Translations under genes and position numbers: made by a program | Shown: piece by piece, positions 57,410 through 64,000 of the stretch | Position numbering within the stretch: the first letter of the stretch is position 1 | Layout of the letters: each line of letters opens with the position of its first letter | NCBI GenBank assembly: GCA_964633425.1 | Contig: CAZWFX010000001.1 | Coordinates: 74,687-138,686, forward strand | Source of the DNA: an uncultured Candidatus Saccharibacteria bacterium | Lineage (GTDB): Bacteria; Patescibacteriota; Minisyncoccia; Phycocordibacterales; UBA2100 | Length of the DNA stretch: 64,000 nucleotides | Reading direction: 5' to 3' | Notes under the pieces: generated by a model | Told to the model about the DNA's origin: nothing | What the model saw: the letters and a program-made list of their open reading frames with translations, nothing else | Databases searched by the model: none

Positions 57410-57451
57410 CTACCACAAAGATTGTCGTAACTACCACCAATCTTAAAGACC

Positions 57452-57964
57452 ATGGCCGACCCAACACTAGCAGAACTTACCAAGCGGATTGACCTAGACA
57501 AACTGTACCCACCATTCAAGGCCAAGGTATTGGAACTACTACAAAATTGCCTTGACAAAGGAGCAATTTACGTGGTGACTTCTGGGCTTAGAACCTATGA
57601 AGAACAGGCCAAGATTTATGCCATTGGCAGGACGACTAGGTTAAACGAGGGGATCAAGACCAAGGCGTGGGCTGGCAAGAGTCCCCACAACTTTGCGATT
57701 GCGATTGACTGTATGCACTCAGCCCCTCCATGGCAAGGTAAGCTTGTTCCAGATGATGCCAACAAGAACTACAAGCTATACGCAGACGAGGCCGTCAAAC
57801 TAGGGCTAGATGCTGGATATTACTGGAAGGGAAACTTCCAGGACACCAACCACGTTCAACTAGATGTTAAGGCGCAGGGTATTACCTGGGACGAACTGGA
57901 CAAACACTATCGCTCTGGAGGATACCCAGCCGTGTTCGCGTACTTAGACAAGTTTTCTTGGTAA
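57452..57964 (+). CDS. Endolysin, peptidase M15 family (L-Ala-D-Glu peptidase / VanY-like)
   Basis: SGLRTYEEQ...SPHNFAIAIDC...DTNHVQLD matches the M15 zinc-ligand pattern (SGxRs..Q, H..GxAxD, DxxHxE). Confidence 0.7.
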   Translation: MADPTLAELTKRIDLDKLYPPFKAKVLELLQNCLDKGAIYVVTSGLRTYEEQAKIYAIGRTTRLNEGIKTKAWAGKSPHNFAIAIDCMHSAPPWQGKLVPDDANKNYKLYADEAVKLGLDAGYYWKGNFQDTNHVQLDVKAQGITWDELDKHYRSGGYPAVFAYLDKFSW

Positions 57965-58006
57965 TTATCGTAAGTTGTATCAAAATTTAGAATAACTAGG
58001 ACACAA

Positions 58007-58549
58007 ATGGCCAATTCAACAATCGCCTACGCCATCTACCAACTGGCCCTCATGCAAGTCAAAGACCGTGGAGCCAAACTGGTCTATAAGAAAGACTCTA
58101 AGTTTTGGAGAAACCTAGAGAAATTCGTCGCTGCCATAACCCCCAATAAACACCTCAACGAAGGCACCACAACCACCTACGGCAAAACCATCTACCTGGC
58201 CGACGGATTTGACGACCTGCCCTACGAGCAGAGGGCCGAAACCATCGCCCATGAATTGGTGCATGTAGAACAATTCAAGAGAATGACCTGGGTTGGGTTC
58301 ATGTTCGTTTACGTATTCGTGTTCTTTCCCATTGCCCTGGCCTATGGCCGGTACTGGCTGGAACGCCAGGCCTACCTAACCGGATACAAAGTGTTCCTCT
58401 CTGCCCTACCAGAAGAGGAAAAACCCTTCTGGAAAGAAGACCTGCCAAAAGAATTCGCTGAATACATGGCCAGCGGTACCTACTACTGGGGCTGGCCTTT
58501 TAAGAAAAGCTCCCGAAAATGGATGGCTAACCAACTAAAGGATCTCTAG
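58007..58549 (+). CDS. Membrane protein with an HExxH motif next to a TM helix (possible lysis-associated protein)
   Basis: IAHELVHVEQ is followed by the TM segment VGFMFVYVFVFFPIALAYG. Confidence 0.3.
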   Translation: MANSTIAYAIYQLALMQVKDRGAKLVYKKDSKFWRNLEKFVAAITPNKHLNEGTTTTYGKTIYLADGFDDLPYEQRAETIAHELVHVEQFKRMTWVGFMFVYVFVFFPIALAYGRYWLERQAYLTGYKVFLSALPEEEKPFWKEDLPKEFAEYMASGTYYWGWPFKKSSRKWMANQLKDL

Positions 58550-59402
58550 GATTAAATTCCACAGTGATTCCAATTAGTTGACCGCTTTCATTCCGAACAC
58601 CGAAGAGTCTGAAAAGTCCTGATCCGTAGCCTGTTTTGGTAATCAGGCCTTCGTTTACGGTTTTGGCTGGGTGTTCTGTGGTGGCTTTGTAGAGTTCTCG
58701 GCAACTCGCCCAGAGTTTGGCCCAGGCTCTGGCGCAGAACTCGCTTTCGTCAATGGACGCATGGTCTTGGAAGAGAACTTTTTCGGTGGGAAAGAAGCCA
58801 AGGATTGCGGTTCCGGCGTAGATTTCTCCCAGTGGTTCCTGGAAGAGTTCCGGCTGGGCTGACAGATCTTCATGACTTCCATGGACCATGATCCACCGAT
58901 CAATGAACGGTGGCTGTAGCGGATTGGCCGCCCTGGCGTAGTGGATGAAACCCTCCCAACGACCACCCATCATACCGTCAATCAACAAAGCCCGATCTTC
59001 GTTGTTGTCGTTCTGAGGATCTAGAACGTAAATCGCCTGCCCGACTTCAGTACTTCCCACTAGCCACGGAGAACCAGACGTCAAAGCCTGGTAGTCTTGT
59101 TCCGTAGAGTCTCGTAGACCTTGGATTTTATTGAGGATTTCCGTCTTGTCTGCTGACACTAGTTGGGAATCGTCACACGTAAGTCCCTTAATAGACCACA
59201 TAGTCTTGAGTCTTTTGTTCTCCAGGTCGAGTTCTTTGGTGAGCCGATCGAGTTCAGCGATCATTTCAGCGGGATTTTTCATGGTTAAGTTTCCTTGGTT
59301 TGGGGTTTGCGAGCAATCTTTAAGATCGTGTCTAAGGATGTAAACCCGTCGTTTTTGTCTTCTGTGCAGGAGGCCGCTAGGTCCAATGTGGCAAGCCCAC
59401 AA
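58527..59402 (-). CDS. Hypothetical protein (weak phosphoesterase-like motifs)
   Basis: LIDGMMGG...MVHGSHED is only loosely GDxxDRG/GNHE-like. Confidence 0.3.
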   Translation of the reverse strand: MWACHIGPSGLLHRRQKRRVYILRHDLKDCSQTPNQGNLTMKNPAEMIAELDRLTKELDLENKRLKTMWSIKGLTCDDSQLVSADKTEILNKIQGLRDSTEQDYQALTSGSPWLVGSTEVGQAIYVLDPQNDNNEDRALLIDGMMGGRWEGFIHYARAANPLQPPFIDRWIMVHGSHEDLSAQPELFQEPLGEIYAGTAILGFFPTEKVLFQDHASIDESEFCARAWAKLWASCRELYKATTEHPAKTVNEGLITKTGYGSGLFRLFGVRNESGQLIGITVEFNPRDPLVG

Positions 59403-61886
59403 TTCTCAGCTGAGGTAGAAGACGCGACTCTTAACAATCCCCTCTGGTACCAATCGGACATCGACCACACCAGATGGAACAAACTCTACCCATATCGCCT
59501 TTCGGTTGTCAAGGCCGTAAAGACCGAAAACGGTACCGATTATCAAGAAAATCTTAAATGGCAGTATACGTTGCCTATCCCTCCGGAATCATTAGATAAT
59601 TCCATGAATTTTGCCATTGATCTGGCAGCCACGTTAGAGGGTATCCATGCAGATCACAACGGGGTGGTATTTCAAGACATCAATTTTTCTGGGACGACTG
59701 GGGTATTGCCTCTTAGGGGAGCGGCGCCGTCAAAAGACTTCAGCCCGCTGAATTCTATTTTTGGAGGGACGCTGGCTGCGGCAGGGAGGACCGGTGCGTC
59801 CGCCTTGTCTGTGGTCAATGGAGGAGTGGCTCCTACGCCCAATTTTCTAATTACACAAGAAGACATTCAGGCTGGAGACATTGGAAAGTCGAGTGGTTAC
59901 GCGCAGTTTCATGTACTTTCGCAGTTTTTGAGGAACTACGCTAACTTCAAAAAGACCGTAGATGGAAGGGCTTATCGTTTGGTCTTTAGTATTTACAAAG
60001 ACAACGAGTCTTTCTTGGTAGAGCCGGTAAGATTCAGGCTGAATCGAAACGCAAGTTCTGCGTTAGAGTACACCTATTCGTTAAGCCTGAAGGCCTACGG
60101 TAAGATCAAGCTAACAGGAACCGCTGAGGCGGCCGAGGCTTATCACCCTAGCGTGACGGACCCAAATCTGGTGAGTCAAATGCTGGCCACGGTTCAGGCT
60201 GGGCGACAAACCATCTATGACGCGACCGACGTAATGAGCGCCATCGGGATGGACATGGATCTGTTCTTGCATGAGCCCATTAGGAAGATGGCCCTCTTCC
60301 TTAAAGAAGCAGCCGGTTCGGCGCTTTCCGTGGCGGAATTACCCAAGACCATGGTTTCCGGCTTCAGGGACGCCGTTGTGGCCTATGTCGGAGTGGCCGC
60401 CTATGGCAACCAGTTGATTAACATGGCCGACAAGCCAAGCGTATTCAACCAAATGGTTAATGATATTAAGGCCATAGCTGAAGAGACAGGCATGGTACAG
60501 TCCGGGCTTGGCAGTCGGGTCTTTGGTAACAACTCCAGCAATCGTCAACCGGGCTTGGGAAACGCCAGGTCTGGCGCTAGCTCTGCGGATTCTTACAATG
60601 CAGATCCTGCGCACAGGGTTTTTGAAGATCCCATTAAGGCGTATTCGTTATTTTCTGCCATACATCCAGCGGACCTGGCTCTTCCAGCGTCTTCCATTCG
60701 AGCCATCAACGAAGAGCGTCAGGATGTTATTAGGATGACCAGGAAGGACTTTGAGGTCATTCGAGACAACCTAGAGAAATTTCTTACTGCTTTTGAGTTT
60801 TACATTGGAGGAGGGCACGATACGGTAGCCACCCTTTACGGCACCAAGCTGACCCACAACGACAGCCTTGAGCCCAGCGACGAACACTTTGAAGTTATTT
60901 ACGCCCTCAATCGGTTGATACAAGTGGCTTCTAAGCTGGCCGCCACCAGGCTAACCAACCAAATCAACATTAGCCCGGTTGAGTACGTGGCTGGTTTGGC
61001 CAGTCGCAGCGGGATCGCCTTTACAGTTCCTGTGTCTAAGTTCATTGTTCCGTTTCCCTATGGACACAACCTAGAAGATCTGGCTAGGATTTATCTAGGG
61101 GATCCGGATAGATGGATGGAAATATCACAGCTCAATGGGCTTAGATCTCCTTACGTAGATGAGGAGGGCTTTCAAAAGCCCCTACTGGCTGATGGAAATG
61201 AAAATCAACTTCAAGTAGCCGATTCTTCAAATTTGGCCTTAGGTCAGACGGTCTGGGTGGTTAGCAACACCAAAGCGAAGACCAAGAGGCAGATCGTTGG
61301 GATTGAGGATTTTATGACGCACAGCGTCATAACACTCAACGGCGACCCTGACCTTGAAGACTATCACTATCTGGCAGGAGCTTACCTACACGCCTTCTTG
61401 CCAGGAACGGTTAACAGCCAGATGTCCATCTACATCCCGTCATCCACTCCGGTTGATGACGACACCTACCAAACAAAAGACATCCCTGGACTAGAGGACT
61501 TTGATCCGATTATCGCTGCTGGTGGGGTTGACCTACTCTTAACCAACGACAACGACTTGGTTATCACAACCGACGGAGACGCCAGACTGGCCATTGGCCT
61601 GTCCAACATCATCCAACGAATTAGGGTAATGCTGTCTGTCACCAAAGGCACCTTGAACCAGCACCCTGAATTTGGCTTGCCGTTGGCTGTTGGAGCCTCT
61701 CTGGCTGAAATGTCTGCCAAGGACATCGCTGAGTCTATTAAGGGTATGTTCAATTCAATTCCCTCTTGGTCAGCCAGAGACATCCAAGTTAACATAACCG
61801 GGCCGACCTGCAAGATCGGGTTTAACGTTTACGTCCCTGGGACCGGGCAACTACTACCCGTGTTTTTTGAGATCGGTATCACTTAA
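59295..61886 (+). CDS. Baseplate protein with a C-terminal GPW/gp25-like domain and a LysM-like motif
   Basis: C-terminal IIQRIRVMLSVTKGTLNQHPEFGLPL matches gp25/GPW i.q.i..iL.T..GER...P.FG. The internal HNLEDLARIYLGDPDRWMEISQLNGL is LysM-like. The start is uncertain because the ORF overlaps the antisense ORF. Confidence 0.5.
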   Translation: MVWGLRAIFKIVSKDVNPSFLSSVQEAARSNVASPQFSAEVEDATLNNPLWYQSDIDHTRWNKLYPYRLSVVKAVKTENGTDYQENLKWQYTLPIPPESLDNSMNFAIDLAATLEGIHADHNGVVFQDINFSGTTGVLPLRGAAPSKDFSPLNSIFGGTLAAAGRTGASALSVVNGGVAPTPNFLITQEDIQAGDIGKSSGYAQFHVLSQFLRNYANFKKTVDGRAYRLVFSIYKDNESFLVEPVRFRLNRNASSALEYTYSLSLKAYGKIKLTGTAEAAEAYHPSVTDPNLVSQMLATVQAGRQTIYDATDVMSAIGMDMDLFLHEPIRKMALFLKEAAGSALSVAELPKTMVSGFRDAVVAYVGVAAYGNQLINMADKPSVFNQMVNDIKAIAEETGMVQSGLGSRVFGNNSSNRQPGLGNARSGASSADSYNADPAHRVFEDPIKAYSLFSAIHPADLALPASSIRAINEERQDVIRMTRKDFEVIRDNLEKFLTAFEFYIGGGHDTVATLYGTKLTHNDSLEPSDEHFEVIYALNRLIQVASKLAATRLTNQINISPVEYVAGLASRSGIAFTVPVSKFIVPFPYGHNLEDLARIYLGDPDRWMEISQLNGLRSPYVDEEGFQKPLLADGNENQLQVADSSNLALGQTVWVVSNTKAKTKRQIVGIEDFMTHSVITLNGDPDLEDYHYLAGAYLHAFLPGTVNSQMSIYIPSSTPVDDDTYQTKDIPGLEDFDPIIAAGGVDLLLTNDNDLVITTDGDARLAIGLSNIIQRIRVMLSVTKGTLNQHPEFGLPLAVGASLAEMSAKDIAESIKGMFNSIPSWSARDIQVNITGPTCKIGFNVYVPGTGQLLPVFFEIGIT

Positions 61887-61897
61887 TCTTTACTGAC

Positions 61898-62182
61898 ATG
61901 GCCATCAGGTACGGGAAATACTCTTCTAGAAAATTCTGGTTCAGCGTCGGAACCTCCGTTCTTATTTTTCTATGCGGATTGGTGGCTGCCTACATTGCAG
62001 GGTTCAGGAGCGCACTTGAGGTAGTGGTTGGTGGCTTGCTTGGAGCACTTGGTATCTACACGGGAAGTTCAGTTGGAGCCAAGTACGTAGCGGGAAAGAC
62101 CGGGCAGATCCCGGACGATGAGGGTCCGATGCCCGAAAAGAAGGATCCGCCCAAGGATCCGCCCAAGAAGCTAAAGGATTAG
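61898..62182 (+). CDS. Small two-TM membrane protein (holin-like)
   Basis: Two hydrophobic helices, then a charged C-terminus KKDPPKDPPKKLKD. Confidence 0.35.
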   Translation: MAIRYGKYSSRKFWFSVGTSVLIFLCGLVAAYIAGFRSALEVVVGGLLGALGIYTGSSVGAKYVAGKTGQIPDDEGPMPEKKDPPKDPPKKLKD

Positions 62183-62484
62183 TGTCTGTTGTAGCATTGT
62201 TTACATCTTAGTCGGTTCCGATAGAAGTTCTCCAGCGGTAAGATCTCCAAACAGCTCCTACACATTTTGAGGTTAGATCTGTCATTACAGGGTCTACAGA
62301 ACCCATTCCATTCGGTGTGGGTTTGGGTATGGCAATTAAGGCATGGGGGCAAGGTGGAGGTGTAGGTTTTACGCCTACATTCTTTACAATAGTCTTGGTG
62401 GCCTGAATTAGAACAGGCTTTTCGATGGAAGCAAGATGGGGGCAGGAGGTTTTTGCAAGACAGACATTTGATGAACTGGGTCAC
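62179..62484 (-). CDS. Cys-rich zinc-finger protein
   Basis: Several CxxC pairs (CLSC, CKEC, CLNC, CRPC, CRSC, CKQC). Confidence 0.35.
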   Translation of the reverse strand: MTQFIKCLSCKNLLPPSCFHRKACSNSGHQDYCKECRRKTYTSTLPPCLNCHTQTHTEWNGFCRPCNDRSNLKMCRSCLEILPLENFYRNRLRCKQCYNRH

Positions 62485-62611
62485 ATAGGAAAGATTACTT
62501 CATTCCATTTGAGTGAATGTAAGGAAGTTGACAATCAATCTGATGTCCAGGGGAAACTACCCCAAAATTTTCAAGCGGATCAATTAAGATCCCTGGAGCT
62601 AAACGAAAACA

Positions 62612-63094
62612 ATGGCTACTTCTTATAAGGCTGAATCGATTGCTAAAGACCTGGCGGACAAGCTGACCTCACGTCAGCCCTTTGCTGCGGGCGCGACCCT
62701 TGCTGTTACACTGTCGTATGACACCGACCTCAACCCGCTGATTACCGTTGGTCCTGGAACCAACGGATCGCGGACTGCGGTAATTAAGGTCATGCCAGAG
62801 TCGTGGACGAATGCCAAGGATTCGCTTGGTAATACCGCCCAGCAGTACGCTCCTACGGTCATTATGATCGCGAAGGAAGCGAACTATGTTGGAGCGACCG
62901 ACAACGTCGTCGACCCCCTGAAGGAGTACGACCTTCTGTTCCTTTACGGTGCATGTGCGGCTTACGGTACGAAGCTAGAGCTTTGGACCTCGGCTGCCGG
63001 CGCTGCCCCAACTGCGTCGACCTTTAGCACTGCGTCCAACAGAATTGCTGAGTTTTATCCACAGCACTATCGCCCACTACAGAGCCAGTCGTAA
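62612..63094 (+). CDS. Hypothetical virion protein
   Basis: 160-aa ORF with beta-rich composition. Confidence 0.4.
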   Translation: MATSYKAESIAKDLADKLTSRQPFAAGATLAVTLSYDTDLNPLITVGPGTNGSRTAVIKVMPESWTNAKDSLGNTAQQYAPTVIMIAKEANYVGATDNVVDPLKEYDLLFLYGACAAYGTKLELWTSAAGAAPTASTFSTASNRIAEFYPQHYRPLQSQS

Positions 63095-63126
63095 TCGAGG
63101 GTTAACCCAAGGAAGGAAACTCCCAC

Positions 63127-63942
63127 ATGGATACAACCCTAGACCTAGACAAGCTAATCGAGGAGACGGCTGCGCGGCTTAAGCTGCAAAAGTCCGCCAT
63201 CGAGGATAGCCCGAATGCTTCGTCAGAAGGATCGGGTCCGCCTGCGGACGCTGACCCTGATGTGAAGGAAGATAAGGAAGAGCAAGACGCTAAGGAAGGT
63301 AAGGACTCGGGCGAAGGTTCCGAGGGGTCAGCCCCTCCGGCTGATGCTCCTGCTCCTACCGAGGATCCTGCGGCCGATGCCCTCCAGGCTGAAGCCCCAC
63401 CGACCCTAGAGCAGTTGGTTTCTGAGTATGCTGCGCTGCCAGACCATCTTTTGGATCTGTGCCTTCAGGCTGCTCAGCAAGCGAAGGCGATGAAGGTTGC
63501 CCCAGTGGCTCCTCCAGTAGCCGCTCCGGCTCCCCCAATTGCTCCAGCAGCTCCTCCAGTAGCGCCTCCAGCGGCTGCGCCTTCGGCAGACCCCATGCTG
63601 GCCCTCAAGTCGGAGAACCTGAAGTACATGCAGGAACTCAGTGCGGCTCTCGCTAAGAACGAGGAACTCATCAAACTTAATGAACGAAACACCAAGATCG
63701 TGGAAGAGTTCATCAAGGATTTTGATAAGCCCACGATGCGGAAGTCTTTTGTCGCCTCTTCGGAGGTTAATCCTCCCAAGGACAGCGCACCAGACTTGAC
63801 CAAACTTTCCAAGGCCGAAATCAACGGGATGCTCCGTGCGAAACTACGCGATGGAAAACTAACGAAGTCCGAAGCGGACCTGGTTTCAGGTTTTGCAATG
63901 GGTTCGAAGACGATTAAGGATATCGCCCACCTGCTTAAGTAA
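63127..63942 (+). CDS. Hypothetical Pro/Ala-rich protein (scaffold-like)
   Basis: APVAPPVAAPAPPIAPAAPPVAPPAAAP low-complexity core and an acidic N-terminus. AAGGAAGGAAA SD. Confidence 0.4.
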   Translation: MDTTLDLDKLIEETAARLKLQKSAIEDSPNASSEGSGPPADADPDVKEDKEEQDAKEGKDSGEGSEGSAPPADAPAPTEDPAADALQAEAPPTLEQLVSEYAALPDHLLDLCLQAAQQAKAMKVAPVAPPVAAPAPPIAPAAPPVAPPAAAPSADPMLALKSENLKYMQELSAALAKNEELIKLNERNTKIVEEFIKDFDKPTMRKSFVASSEVNPPKDSAPDLTKLSKAEINGMLRAKLRDGKLTKSEADLVSGFAMGSKTIKDIAHLLK

Positions 63943-64000
63943 GCTAGGTTGCTAACATAAAAGGACGAGGCCTCTGGTGGCTGTGCTGCCAAGCCAGGAG

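Noticed and set aside
62179-62484. HNH homing endonuclease
   Set aside because: The protein is Cys-rich, but it lacks the His-His / Asn spacing of HNH cores. Called a generic zinc-finger protein only.
1-64000. CRISPR arrays, tRNA/rRNA genes, integrase/attachment sites
   Set aside because: No regularly spaced direct repeats. No tRNA-like cloverleaf candidates in the few intergenic gaps (e.g. 17804-17914). No recombinase motifs. The window looks like a virulent-phage core region.

Overview
This 64 kb window reads as a contiguous piece of a large tailed dsDNA phage genome, probably a myovirus-like phage. It is densely coding with almost no intergenic space. No rRNA or tRNA genes and no CRISPR array were seen.

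Layout:
- 1-3.5 kb, minus strand: early/replication genes. N-terminal part of an Mre11/SbcD-like metallophosphoesterase, a GroES-like small protein, a sigma-70-like factor and an SF2 DEAH helicase.
- 3.6-24.3 kb, plus strand: replication/recombination module. DUF1376-like protein, DnaB-type helicase interrupted by an intein in its P-loop, GroEL-like chaperonin, SbcC/Rad50-like ATPase, RuvC-like resolvase, class II (B12) ribonucleotide reductase, a second metallophosphoesterase, and a DnaE (Pol III alpha) split into two ORFs.
- 24.4-33.5 kb: packaging and head genes. A large terminase carrying two LAGLIDADG inteins, a putative portal, and a Mu-F/SPP1-gp7-like head morphogenesis protein.
- 33.8-36.8 kb: a mixed-strand accessory island. 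RlpA-like DPBB protein, lipoprotein zinc peptidase, pentapeptide-repeat protein and a Pnk-like kinase.
- 36.8-62 kb: baseplate and tail-fiber module. A 1912-aa baseplate-J-like protein, LamG-type fibres with a triplicated distal domain, a Kelch/LamG giant protein, a Gly-rich fibre, an antisense block (tailspike with pectate-lyase-like beta-helix and a metzincin lipoprotein), an M15 endolysin and a gp25/GPW-like baseplate protein.

The most unusual points:
1. Three inteins in 64 kb, two of them in one terminase gene.
2. A phage-encoded GroEL together with a candidate GroES.
3. A split DnaE.
4. Two recurrent sequence motifs that look like phage-specific promoters. 'GGCTATAT' lies 5-12 nt upstream of start codons, often GTG/TTG starts with no Shine-Dalgarno, which implies leaderless mRNAs. 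'TAATCTTT' lies just upstream of an SD-like element before late genes on both strands.
5. Moron-like antisense genes for secreted zinc peptidases.

All protein calls rest on motif recognition by eye. No database search was run, and hand-counted motif coordinates may be off by 1-2 nt.
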